From contig CAWFJJ010000030.1 of NCBI GenBank assembly GCA_963816185.1, positions 448,001 through 512,000 on the forward strand: a DNA stretch of 64,000 bases, written 5' to 3'. Source of the DNA: Thermoanaerobaculia bacterium (GTDB lineage: Bacteria > Acidobacteriota > Thermoanaerobaculia > UBA5066). Of this stretch, positions 21,253 to 30,700 are shown one piece after another (positions within the stretch are counted from its first letter, which is position 1; each line of letters opens with the position of its first letter). The notes below the pieces were generated by a model. The model was given only the letters and a program-made list of their open reading frames with translations, was not told where the DNA came from and did not search any database. Both the position numbers and the translations under genes were made by a program.

Positions 21253-22017
21253 TCAGGCACCGCTCTTTTCGTCGCCCACGAGGGCCATCACGGCGGCGCT
21301 CCAACCCGCCCCCCCTCCCGCCGGGGCGACGGCGGCATTCGGAAGGGCGGCCCGAAGTCTCGCGTCGACACCCGTCTTCTTCGGAACGAGGACGGGATGA
21401 TCCACGGCCCTTAGGAATACGGCGTCATTCGGCGCATCGCCGAGTCCGATCGTCCGCGACGGACGAAGAAGCTCGACGAGCCGACGTACGGCGTCCGCCT
21501 TGTCGTGCCGGCCCATGAGGTGAACGAAGCGATCTCCCCGCGTCAGCCGCGTTCCCGGTCGGCGCGCGAGAGCGCCGGAGATCGCTTCTTCCGCGCCCTC
21601 GGGCGCGGAAAAGGGAAGATCGAACTCGCGGGCACGCACCAGGGCAACCTCCGACAGCGGAAGGCTGGTTCGTTCGGCCAGCTCCTCGTCGGACATCTCC
21701 TCGACCGTCCGGATCGCGAGCCGCGTTTCGTCTCTCACGTCGCGGAGAATGCCGCGAAGGAGGGGAACCGGAATCGCGCCCGGGAGGATCTCGATTCCGG
21801 AGGGCGTCACCAACCCCGCTCCGTTCTCGAAGGACCCCCAGCGTTCTCCGCCGAGCTCCTCCAGCCATCGGCAGAGCTCGAGGCGCGTCTTGCTCGTCAG
21901 CGGAACGACGCGGATTCCTCGCGTCGCGAGATCGCCCACGGCCGTTCTGGCTTCCGGCGAAAGCGTGCCGTCCTCCTCGAGGAGGGTGCCGTCCAGGTCG
22001 GTGAAGATCACCAGCAC
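21253..22017 (-). CDS. HAD-IIB mannosyl/glucosyl-3-phosphoglycerate phosphatase (MpgP/GpgP-like)
   Basis: IFTDLDGTLL, TSKT, ENGA, GLGDAPND; next to two glycosyltransferases. Confidence 0.82.
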   Translation of the reverse strand: MLVIFTDLDGTLLEEDGTLSPEARTAVGDLATRGIRVVPLTSKTRLELCRWLEELGGERWGSFENGAGLVTPSGIEILPGAIPVPLLRGILRDVRDETRLAIRTVEEMSDEELAERTSLPLSEVALVRAREFDLPFSAPEGAEEAISGALARRPGTRLTRGDRFVHLMGRHDKADAVRRLVELLRPSRTIGLGDAPNDAVFLRAVDHPVLVPKKTGVDARLRAALPNAAVAPAGGGAGWSAAVMALVGDEKSGA

Positions 22018-22107
22018 GTACGGATTCCTCCGGCCGGAATCATGCAAGAAGGGCGCCCTGCGCCCCTCCTGGCACCTTCTACCGCAGCCTGGTTGCCCCC
22101 ATGCCCG

Positions 22108-23337
22108 TCAGGACCTCGCCTTCGCGGCCGCCTTGCCGCCCTTCGTGGGTGCGGGCGCGGGCCGGGGCTGCTTTTCCGCGCGCTTCTGCTTCCACTCTTC
22201 CCACACGATCACGAGGGGTGCGGCGATGAAGATCGAGGAATACGTCCCGACGATGATGCCGATGATCATCACGAACGAGAACCCGCGCAGGACCTCGCCG
22301 CCGAGGAAGAAGAGCACGACGACGACCAGGAACGTGAGGACCGACGTCAGGACCGTCCGCGAGAGAGTCTGGTTGATGGAGTGGTTCACGAGCTCGACGA
22401 GAGGCGTGCGCTTCGACTTCTCGCGGTTCTCACGGATCCGGTCGAACACGACGACGGTGTCGTTCACGGAGTAGCCGATCAACGTGAGGAAGGCGGCGAC
22501 GACCGTGAGGGAGATCTCGACGTTCAGGATCGAGCAGAGGCCGAGCGTCGTCCACGTGTCGTGGATGAGCGCGACGACGGCGGCGGTGCCGAAGGACGCG
22601 GAGCGGAAGCGCCACGCGATGTAGATGAGCATCGCGGCCCAGGAGAAGAGGATCGCCCACATGCCCTTCTCGCGGAGGTCCTTCCCGACCTGGGGACCAA
22701 CGTTCTCGGCCGAGAGAAGCGTGAAGGGGCCGGCGAGAGTCTTCGCCTTCAACCAGTCGGACACCGCGGGGGAAACGCCCGGCGTCTTCGCGGCATCGTC
22801 CACGGACGCGAACAGTCCTTTCTCCGAGCGCGCGGAGATGATCGCCTGCGCCTCGCGGCCGTACTCCACTTTGGGGTCGGCGTTGGGCCGCGTGGCGAGC
22901 TTCTCGGGGTCGTCCGCGATCAGCTTCCCGAGAAGGACATCGCCCCCGTTCAGGTTCAGGTCGAATGCCGCGGCGTCCGCCCCCGCCGGAAAGAGAGCTT
23001 TCGTGAGAGCCGTCGTGACTTCCTTCGAGAGGTCGCGCCCTTCCTTCTTCTCGAGCGGGACGCGCAGAAGGACCTCGTTCTTCTCCGCCTTGTCGAAGCG
23101 CTGGACGGAGACGACCTTGACGTTCGCGGCCTCGACGATCCTGCGGACCTGATCTTCGTCGGGAGTTTTCGAGAACGCGTAGACGATCTGCGCGCCGCCT
23201 GTGAAGTCGATCCCGAGGTTCGGTCCGCCCTTGAGGACCAGCGAGACGGTCCCGATGAGGATCGAGACGACCGACAGCGAGATGCAGATCCACTTGATCT
23301 TGAGGAAGTCGATGTTCGTCTTGTGGAAGAGGCGCAC
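22108..23337 (-). CDS. secF: Protein translocase subunit SecF
   Basis: NLGIDFTGG, VGPQVG, IGYSVNDTVVVFDRIREN, TLSRTVLTS. Confidence 0.96.
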   Translation of the reverse strand: MRLFHKTNIDFLKIKWICISLSVVSILIGTVSLVLKGGPNLGIDFTGGAQIVYAFSKTPDEDQVRRIVEAANVKVVSVQRFDKAEKNEVLLRVPLEKKEGRDLSKEVTTALTKALFPAGADAAAFDLNLNGGDVLLGKLIADDPEKLATRPNADPKVEYGREAQAIISARSEKGLFASVDDAAKTPGVSPAVSDWLKAKTLAGPFTLLSAENVGPQVGKDLREKGMWAILFSWAAMLIYIAWRFRSASFGTAAVVALIHDTWTTLGLCSILNVEISLTVVAAFLTLIGYSVNDTVVVFDRIRENREKSKRTPLVELVNHSINQTLSRTVLTSVLTFLVVVVLFFLGGEVLRGFSFVMIIGIIVGTYSSIFIAAPLVIVWEEWKQKRAEKQPRPAPAPTKGGKAAAKARS

Positions 23338-23355
23338 GTTCTCTCCGGTCGGTGG

Positions 23356-24987
23356 TCAGATGGAAAGGATCTCGACGCGCTCCTTCGGCCCGTAGATCAG
23401 GTCGAAGAGGAGGTGCGAAACGAAAACCGCGGTGAAGACGGACGCGAGGAGTCCGATGACGAGGGTGACGGCGAAGCCCTTGACGGGCCCGGTTCCGAAC
23501 TGGAACAGAAAGAGGGCGGCGGAGATCGTCGTGACGTGGGTGTCGACGATCGTCCCCCACGCGCGCTTGAAGCCGAGGTCGATGGCCGCCTTCGGCGCCT
23601 TGCCGTTGTCCATCTCCTCGCGAATGCGCTCGAAGATGAGGACGTTCGAGTCGACCGCCATGCCGATCGTGAGGATGAAGCCGGCGATGCCCGGCAGCGT
23701 GAGCGTCGCGTTGATGTAGGCCATCGCCCCGAGGAGGATGAGCGCGTTCAGGACGAGGGCGAGGACCGCATTCACGCCGGAGAGGCGGTAATAGAAGACC
23801 ATCGCGACGAACACGCAGATCATGCCCACGACCGAGGCGAGGACTCCTTTCTTGATGGAGTCGAGCCCCAGCGACGGCCCGACCGTGCGCTCCTCGAGGA
23901 TGATCATCTCGGCCGGGAGCGCGCCCGAGCGGAGAACGAGCGAGAGCGCGTCGGCTTTCTCGGCCGTGAAGTTTCCCTCGATGATGCCGCTCTCCTTGAT
24001 CTGGCTGTTGATCACCGGCGCGGACTGAACCCGCTTGTCGAGCACGATCGCGAGGTGCTTGTTGATGTTCTCGCCCGTGACTTTCGCGAACTTCACGGCG
24101 CCCGTCGCGTTGAGGAAGAACATGACCGCCGGCTGGTTGAACTTGTCGCGGTCGACGCGCGCGTTCTTCAGGTCGCGCCCCGTGACGGCGGCGGCGCGCT
24201 TCAGGACGTACCAGACCGGAGTGCGCGTGCGGGCGTCCGCATCCTCGCTGAAGCCCTCGACGATCTCGAGATCCTCCGGCACCGTCCCGCCGTACGCGGC
24301 CCGGGCGGCATCCATCGACGGGTACGGCCCGCCGCGGTCGTCCACGAGCTTCAGCTCGAGGAGGCCCGTCGTGCCGATGATCTCCTTGACGCGGCTCGGG
24401 TCGTCCACGCCCGGGATCTCGACGACGATGCGGTCGGTGCCCTGCCGCTGGATGACGGGCTCGGCGACGCCGAGCGCGTCGACGCGGTTTCGGATCGTCT
24501 CGACGGCCTGGCGCGTCGCCTGGTCTTCGATCGTGATTCGCTCGGGGTCCTTGTACGAAATCTTCCACTCGCGGCCGCGCTGGTCTATGGACCACGCGTT
24601 CGGCGGGAGGACGCTCGTCACGAGATCCTTCAGCTTTGCGGCGTCCGTCTTCTCGTCGACGGCGAGCGAGAAGCCCGTACCGTCGGCCGGGCCCGTCGCC
24701 ACGACCGCCACGCCGCGCTTTCCGCCTTCGTCCTTCAGGCGTTCCAGCGTGTCCTGGGCCTCGACACGCAGGGCGTCTGCAGTCTTGACCTGCATGACGA
24801 GGTGGATGCCGCCGCGCAGGTCGAGTCCCAGCTTGAGCCCGTTCCTCAGAACGTCCGAGGTCGTCGGGTTGGGAGGCGCCGTCGGCGACTTCTTCAACGC
24901 CTCGTGGCCACGCCACCAGTAAGCTCCGACCGAACCGAGAAGGACGGCCAACGTCACGCCGACGCGCCATCCGGTGGGCTTGTTCAC
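23356..24987 (-). CDS. secD: Protein translocase subunit SecD
   Basis: LKLGLDLRGG, RNRVDALGVAEP, LRSGALP, TVGPSLG, GMAVDSNVLIFERIREE. Confidence 0.96.
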   Translation of the reverse strand: MNKPTGWRVGVTLAVLLGSVGAYWWRGHEALKKSPTAPPNPTTSDVLRNGLKLGLDLRGGIHLVMQVKTADALRVEAQDTLERLKDEGGKRGVAVVATGPADGTGFSLAVDEKTDAAKLKDLVTSVLPPNAWSIDQRGREWKISYKDPERITIEDQATRQAVETIRNRVDALGVAEPVIQRQGTDRIVVEIPGVDDPSRVKEIIGTTGLLELKLVDDRGGPYPSMDAARAAYGGTVPEDLEIVEGFSEDADARTRTPVWYVLKRAAAVTGRDLKNARVDRDKFNQPAVMFFLNATGAVKFAKVTGENINKHLAIVLDKRVQSAPVINSQIKESGIIEGNFTAEKADALSLVLRSGALPAEMIILEERTVGPSLGLDSIKKGVLASVVGMICVFVAMVFYYRLSGVNAVLALVLNALILLGAMAYINATLTLPGIAGFILTIGMAVDSNVLIFERIREEMDNGKAPKAAIDLGFKRAWGTIVDTHVTTISAALFLFQFGTGPVKGFAVTLVIGLLASVFTAVFVSHLLFDLIYGPKERVEILSI

Positions 24988-25113
24988 GAACGCAACCTCC
25001 GGGCGCGGGCCCGTCCGGAGGCGGCGCGGAGCCACCGGGGCGACGGGAAGACCGCGGGATGCGCCCGGGCAACTCCCGGGCGAACCGGCGAAGTCTAGCA
25101 GAACCCCTGTGCC

Positions 25114-28023
25114 TTACGTCCTTTCGGGTCCGGGAGCCCCTGGGCGCGAGGAGTAAGGAGCCAGCGAGACGCGGGTCAGCTTTCGCACGTCCTCGGGGGG
25201 AAGAGACTCGAGGAGCCGCTCGTGCCGCCAGCCGTGGCAGGACACGACGAGGACGGGTCGCTCGCCCAGTACGTCCGTGGCGAGGAAACGCATCACGGCG
25301 AGAAATCGCTCGTCGTCGGCGCCGACGAGCGGGTCGTCGAGCAGGAGCGGTACCCCCGACGACCCCGTGCCGAGATAACGCAGCGCCGCGAGGCGCGCCG
25401 TGAGGTGCAGCTGCTCGCGCGCACCGGTGGAGAGGCTCGACTGGATCTCCGCCTTCGTCGCGACACGTCCTCCGCGCAGCAGCGCGGAGAGGGAAAGATC
25501 GTCCCCGAACTCGAGCCCTTCGTACGGCGTCTGCCACGTCGCGAGAATCTCGCGCGAGGCGCGTTGCAAGCCGCGGCGAAAGTCGCCGTACACCGAGGAT
25601 GCCGCCGCCGCCAGCGTTCCGCGCGCGAGGTCGAGCGCGTCGCGGAAGAGGACGGCGCGGGCGAGGAACGATTCGGCGGTGGCGAGATCCTCCTCGACGG
25701 CGCGCGCCGTCTCTCCGCCGTCGCGCGCGGCATCCGCGAGCTCGCGCTCCACCGAGGCGCGCGCACGCTCGGCGGCCGTCACCGCCTCCCGGGCGGCGTC
25801 GCCCTCGCGCCGGGCGGCCTCGGGAGTGTCGGGGAGGACGAGGCCCTGCGGGTCGACTCCGAGACGCTCGGAGAGTCGCGCGATCTCTTCGTCGAGACTC
25901 GCGAGGCGCGACGCGAGATCCGACTCTTCGCCTTCGCCCGCGCTCTCGCGCCGCGCCGGAAGCTCGTGGTCGAGAAGCCTTCGAAGGCGCGCCGCTTTGC
26001 GGCGCCCTGCTTCCACGGCGAGGAGACTCTCGGCCAGGGGGAGGGAGACGGGAACGCCCATCCGGCGCACCGCGTCTCGGAGCCGCGCCTCGATTTCGCT
26101 GAGATCCGCCTCCTCGCGGTCCAGGCGCTCCTTCTCGCGCTCGAGAACCTCTTTGCGCGTTCTGGACTCCTGTTTCGCGCGGGCGAGATCGGCGAGCACG
26201 GAGAGAGCGCGCTCGGCCTCTTCCGGGGTGGGAAGCCCCTCGGGAAGCGAGAACATCGCGCGATGCGGACGGAGGGCCTCTCCGAGCGACTGCAGGCGTT
26301 CTCTCGCGTCGTCGCGGCGCGCCGTCACGGCGACGAGCTGCCGCCTCGGCTCCTCGGCGGCGCGTGCGCGGCGATGCGCCTTGAGCAGCGACGACGTGTC
26401 CCGATAGCCCGCTCCGCGCGCCAGGCGGTCGAGCTTCAACCGCACGCTCGAAAGCCTCTTGCGCAGGTCGACGGCCTTGCGCCGGCTCACGGACTCCTCC
26501 TCGTGTGCTCGGGCCTCGTCCCCGACCCGGTAGCGGATCGCGCGGGCCCAGGCGATGCCTCCGAAGAGCCCCAGCGACAGGACGAAGACCGCGAAGGAGG
26601 CCGTCAAATAGATCGGCACGAGAGCGGAACGCCAGGAGAGCCACGCGACGAGCGGCACGAGGAGCCCGGCGGCGAGAACGAGCGACCGCGCGAGCCTCAC
26701 CCGCACCGCCCGCTCTCCGGCGGCGATCGCGGCGGTCGCCCCCGCGTCGGCGACGCGCCGATCCAGCCTGACGCCTTCGAGCTCGAGGGCCGCACGCTCC
26801 TCCTCGGCCCCGGCGAGGAAGCTCCGTTCCTCGGGAGGAAGAGCCTCGAGCCGTACGAAGTCCTCCGCGAGACCGTCCCGGCGGAGGTTGTTCCACCGCT
26901 CCTCGACGACTCGCTCGGCGTCCACGAGATCGCGCGACGTCGCCAGCTCGGCGCGAAGCATCTCCTCGAGGCTCGCACGTTCCGCGTCTCCGAGGCGCGC
27001 GGAGGGCCCGAAGCGGCGTCCCATTTCCTCCGCCTCCCGCGCGGCGAGACGAAGGCTTTCGGCGTAAGCGGCTTGCGCCGCCTCGAGGACCTGCGGACGG
27101 TTTCCGCGCTCTTCGCGCAACCGGTCCACCGCGGCCAGGGCGGCGTCGGAGAAAAATTCGGCCTCCGGCGCGAGCGCCTGCACCTCGCTCTCGGCCTCCC
27201 GCTGCTTGGCGAGCGCCGACGCGAGCGTCTCGCGCCGCCTCGCGAGCGCACGGCGGTGCGCGAGGACCTCGGCGAGAGCGGCGATCTCCGCGGCCCGCCG
27301 CGCTTCGTCGTGCGCCCTTACGCATCGGGAAAGGCGCGCCGACGCCTGCGCCGCGACCGCGCGCCGGGCCGCCAGCTCCGCTCGCCGCTGCTTCAGACCC
27401 TCGACGCGCTTCCCGAGCCGCGCGATCTCCGTGTCCACGGAGATCTTCATGCCCGCGGCGGGCTCGGGCATGTCCAACAGCACGGCGTCGAGAGTCTTCA
27501 GCGCGCGCACGACCGAGGCCTCGCCGCCGCCCGAGTCGGCGATGCGAGCCAGCTCGACGGTGAGGCCGGCGTCCAGCGAATCACTGTCGAGGATGTTCTG
27601 CGACACGTAGGCCGTCGCGCGAAACAGCTCCTCCGTGAGGCCTCCCGTCACGGTCTCGCCGAACGCGTCCCGTCCGCCCGGGCGCAGGAACTCCTGCGTC
27701 CGGTCGAGCCCGTGGTCCCGGTCCACGACACGGATCGTGCCGGCCTCGAGATCGCGGTCGACCGACCAGCGAGTTCCGCCCGCGAAAACGTCGAGCCCCA
27801 CGCGCAGAGGGGCGCCGCTTCGCGGCCTCCGCACCTCTCGGACCCGCCCCGCCGCGCCGCGGGTTTTCGGCAGCCCGTACAGGGCCGTGACGATCGCTTC
27901 GCAGAGCGTCGTCTTGCCCGTCTCGTTCGGGTCGACCGCGAGGAGCAGGCGCCCCTCGGGCCATGCGAGATCGAGATCGCGAAGCGCACCAAATCCCTCG
28001 ATGCGGATGCGCTCGATCTTCAT
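25114..28023 (-). CDS. SMC/Rad50-like ATPase (YhaN/SbcE type) with central TM hairpin
   Basis: MKIERIRIEGFG, Walker A PNETGKTT, long coiled coils, two central hydrophobic helices, LSTGAREQ signature, LLLDDP Walker B. Confidence 0.85.
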   Translation of the reverse strand: MKIERIRIEGFGALRDLDLAWPEGRLLLAVDPNETGKTTLCEAIVTALYGLPKTRGAAGRVREVRRPRSGAPLRVGLDVFAGGTRWSVDRDLEAGTIRVVDRDHGLDRTQEFLRPGGRDAFGETVTGGLTEELFRATAYVSQNILDSDSLDAGLTVELARIADSGGGEASVVRALKTLDAVLLDMPEPAAGMKISVDTEIARLGKRVEGLKQRRAELAARRAVAAQASARLSRCVRAHDEARRAAEIAALAEVLAHRRALARRRETLASALAKQREAESEVQALAPEAEFFSDAALAAVDRLREERGNRPQVLEAAQAAYAESLRLAAREAEEMGRRFGPSARLGDAERASLEEMLRAELATSRDLVDAERVVEERWNNLRRDGLAEDFVRLEALPPEERSFLAGAEEERAALELEGVRLDRRVADAGATAAIAAGERAVRVRLARSLVLAAGLLVPLVAWLSWRSALVPIYLTASFAVFVLSLGLFGGIAWARAIRYRVGDEARAHEEESVSRRKAVDLRKRLSSVRLKLDRLARGAGYRDTSSLLKAHRRARAAEEPRRQLVAVTARRDDARERLQSLGEALRPHRAMFSLPEGLPTPEEAERALSVLADLARAKQESRTRKEVLEREKERLDREEADLSEIEARLRDAVRRMGVPVSLPLAESLLAVEAGRRKAARLRRLLDHELPARRESAGEGEESDLASRLASLDEEIARLSERLGVDPQGLVLPDTPEAARREGDAAREAVTAAERARASVERELADAARDGGETARAVEEDLATAESFLARAVLFRDALDLARGTLAAAASSVYGDFRRGLQRASREILATWQTPYEGLEFGDDLSLSALLRGGRVATKAEIQSSLSTGAREQLHLTARLAALRYLGTGSSGVPLLLDDPLVGADDERFLAVMRFLATDVLGERPVLVVSCHGWRHERLLESLPPEDVRKLTRVSLAPYSSRPGAPGPERT

Positions 28024-29228
28024 CTGTCCTCGGCTTCCGGCGGCCTGACGGGTCTGCCCGCGAGTGCGTCCCGGCCGAGCCGAAGAGCGAGGTCAGCGAC
28101 CCGGCGCCTTGCGTCGTCCGGGGCCGCCGCGCGGTATGCGAGCAGGTCCGACGCGAAGCGGCCCTCGGCGGAACGCGGCCCCGGCTCGGGCGCGGGCGGC
28201 TCGGTCTGGTCTCTCACTGCGAGATGCTTGACGCGCGCGGCGAGAGGCCTGACGACCTCCGCCGGGCGCGCGCCGAACGCCTGCGTTCCCGTCAACGTCA
28301 CGCGCACGAGGTCCGGCGATTCCACGCCGGCCTCGGCGAACGCGGCCTCGACCCGCTCGAGGAGAGGGCCTGCCTCGAGGTCGCTCACGTTCACGAAGAC
28401 GTCGCGCACGGTGCGCGCGTCGGCCGGGATCGTCTCGACTCGGGCCGGCCCTTCGGCCGGCAGAGTCACTTTGAGGAAGACCCGCGGGCCCGCCTCGTCG
28501 AGCCCCCGTCCGGTCGGACAGCCCGCGTAAGCTCCCAACGGGCGGCCCTGCTCGTCGGAGACGACGTGGACGTGATGGTGGTGCCCGAGCGCGGCCCACG
28601 AGAACCCTGCGTCGGCGATCTCGCGCGCGGAGAACGGCGCGGTGCGCTTCGTGCCCCGCGGGGAGTCGGGTCCCGCGTAGGATTCGAGAGAGCCGTGCAG
28701 AAGGAGGAGCGCGTGAGGCGTCGAGGGGCGAGACGGCGCCGGCGCGAGCGGGCGCTCGACGACCATCGCCGGCGACAGGAACGCGCGCCCGACCACCGTG
28801 ACGTCGTCGCGCCCGGGAAACGACACGGCCGTCCATTCCGGGGCGCGAAACACCACGACGTTCCCCGGCCACGGCCTCATGCCGAGGGCGGCGAGAAGCG
28901 CCGGGTCGTAGTAGCCACCCGGCCCAGCGAAATCGTGATTCCCCGGGGCCACGTACACGGGGCGCGGCGCGAAAGACGCGAACGCCTCGAGGAGCCGGTG
29001 GATCGTCGCCGCCGGAACGTTCTCCGCATCCCAAAGGTCGCCGGGGACGAGCAGCGCCTCGGCGCCGCAGGCCGCCGCCGCCGCCACGGCCCGCTCCGCG
29101 GCCGTGTCCACCTCGTCGCGGCGCGCGGCGCGCGCTTCTCCCGTCAGAGACAGGCCGCCGCTCGTGAGGGCGGAGCCCAGATGCCAGTCGGAAGACTGCA
29201 AGAACGTCAGGGGGCGCCCGGACGACAC
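28020..29228 (-). CDS. Mre11/SbcD-like DNA repair exonuclease (YhaO type)
   Basis: SDWHLG, PGDLWD, PGNHD, LHGS, ALGHHH, YAGCP; ATGA overlap with the ATPase. Confidence 0.88.
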   Translation of the reverse strand: MSSGRPLTFLQSSDWHLGSALTSGGLSLTGEARAARRDEVDTAAERAVAAAAACGAEALLVPGDLWDAENVPAATIHRLLEAFASFAPRPVYVAPGNHDFAGPGGYYDPALLAALGMRPWPGNVVVFRAPEWTAVSFPGRDDVTVVGRAFLSPAMVVERPLAPAPSRPSTPHALLLLHGSLESYAGPDSPRGTKRTAPFSAREIADAGFSWAALGHHHHVHVVSDEQGRPLGAYAGCPTGRGLDEAGPRVFLKVTLPAEGPARVETIPADARTVRDVFVNVSDLEAGPLLERVEAAFAEAGVESPDLVRVTLTGTQAFGARPAEVVRPLAARVKHLAVRDQTEPPAPEPGPRSAEGRFASDLLAYRAAAPDDARRRVADLALRLGRDALAGRPVRPPEAEDR

Positions 29229-29242
29229 CCCCTAGTTTCGCA

Positions 29243-29566
29243 TTACGCGGCCGATTCCTTCGAGTCGGGCTCTCCGCTCGTACCCGCGATCGCGCTCCGG
29301 TTGATCTTGATCTTCACGGTGTCGGCGATCTTCAGCCACACGATCTGATCCTCGACCTGTGCGATCGTGCCGTGGATGCCACCGGACGTCACGACGCGGT
29401 CGCCCTTCTTCAGGGCTGCGAGAAGCGCCTTCTGCTTCTTCTGCTGCTTGCGCATGGGCGCGAGCAGCACGAAGTAGAAAATCACGAACATGGCGATGTA
29501 GGGAACCATCTGCACGAGCGGCGAGGTCGCCGCCGCCGGCGCCGCCTGAAGGAAGGTCGGGTTCAT
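29243..29566 (-). CDS. yajC: Preprotein translocase subunit YajC
   Basis: IFYFVLLAPMRKQQK, LKKGDRVVTSGGIHG. Confidence 0.95.
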   Translation of the reverse strand: MNPTFLQAAPAAATSPLVQMVPYIAMFVIFYFVLLAPMRKQQKKQKALLAALKKGDRVVTSGGIHGTIAQVEDQIVWLKIADTVKIKINRSAIAGTSGEPDSKESAA

Positions 29567-30699
29567 GTCGAGTCCTTTCCGATCGATCGCGACCACCTCG
29601 GGAGCGTTTCCGCCGCCCACGCCGCGTACCGTTTCGCGTCGAGAGCCTCACGGATTCCCCGCATCAAGTCAAGGATCGCCGTCAGGTTGTGGACGGTCAG
29701 GAGCGTCGCGGCCGTAGGCTCGCCCGCGACGAAGAGGTGTCTGAGGTACGCGCGGGAGTGGCGCCGGCACGTGGGGCACGAGCAGGCCGGGTCCGGCGGC
29801 GCGCCATCCTCGCGATAGCGCGCGTGCTTGATCGCAAGCGTGCCCTGCGCCGTATAGAGGAAGCCGTGGCGCGCCGCACGCGTCGGGAGCACGCAGTCGA
29901 AGAGGTCGAAGCCCCGGGCGACCGCGTCGAGGAGGTCGTCCGGGCGTCCGACCCCCATGAGGTACCGTGGTTTCTCCGGCGGAAGAAGAGGGGCCGTGCG
30001 AGCGACCGTCGCCCGCATCTCCGCCTTGGGCTCGCCCACCGAGAGGCCCCCGCACGCAACGCCGTCGAAGGGCAGCGACGCGACAGCCGCCGCGCTCTCC
30101 TCGCGAAGGTGCGCGAAAACCCCGCCCTGCACGATCCCGAAAAGCGCGCCGCGGTCGCCTCCGAGCGCGAGCCGTCGTTCGAAGGAGCGCCGCGCCCAGC
30201 GGTGCGTGAGCTCCATGGACGCGCGCGCGGCCTCTTCGGTCGCGGGATATGGAGTGCATTCGTCGAGGACCATCGCGACGTCGACCCCGAAATCGCCGAG
30301 CTGAAGGTCCACCGCCCGTTCCGGCGAGAGGAAGTGCGCCGACCCGTCGACGTGGCTCCGGAAGAGAACGCCCTCTTCGGAGAGCTTGCGGCTCCCCGAA
30401 AGAGACATCACCTGATACCCGCCCGAGTCCGTGAGGATCGGCCGGTCCCAGCCCACGAAGCGGTGGAGGCCGCCGAGGCGCCTGATCACGTCGCTTCCCG
30501 GGCGGAGCATGAGGTGGTAGGTGTTCGCGAGGACGATCTCGGCGCGCGCGGCCTCGAGGTCGCTCCAGCGCGCGGCCTTGACGGTGCCCGCGGTGCCGAC
30601 GGGCATGAAGGCGGGCGTCTCGACGACTCCGTTGTCGAGCGTGAGACGCCCGCGCCGCGGGCCGTTACCGTCCCCGCCGAGAAGCTCGAAGCGCAGCAT
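29563..30699 (-). CDS. tgt: tRNA-guanine transglycosylase
   Basis: TPAFMPVGT, NTYHLMLRPG, TDSGGYQ, DCVLPTR, CSCPTC..HNL zinc site. Confidence 0.97.
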   Translation of the reverse strand: MLRFELLGGDGNGPRRGRLTLDNGVVETPAFMPVGTAGTVKAARWSDLEAARAEIVLANTYHLMLRPGSDVIRRLGGLHRFVGWDRPILTDSGGYQVMSLSGSRKLSEEGVLFRSHVDGSAHFLSPERAVDLQLGDFGVDVAMVLDECTPYPATEEAARASMELTHRWARRSFERRLALGGDRGALFGIVQGGVFAHLREESAAAVASLPFDGVACGGLSVGEPKAEMRATVARTAPLLPPEKPRYLMGVGRPDDLLDAVARGFDLFDCVLPTRAARHGFLYTAQGTLAIKHARYREDGAPPDPACSCPTCRRHSRAYLRHLFVAGEPTAATLLTVHNLTAILDLMRGIREALDAKRYAAWAAETLPRWSRSIGKDST

Positions 30700-30700
30700 C

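Noticed and set aside
21505-28530. Very long alternative ORFs (21505-25098+, 22430-27325-, 25222-28530+)
   Set aside because: Shadow frames of secF/secD/ATPase in high-GC DNA; Arg/Ala/Gly-rich with no motifs. The same applies to 27-959+, 13893-16037+, 48908-52087- and most short ORFs in the track.
25114-29228. Calling the SMC-like pair a Wadjet/Lamassu defence system
   Set aside because: No jetABD/kleisin or effector genes; the architecture fits YhaO/YhaN.
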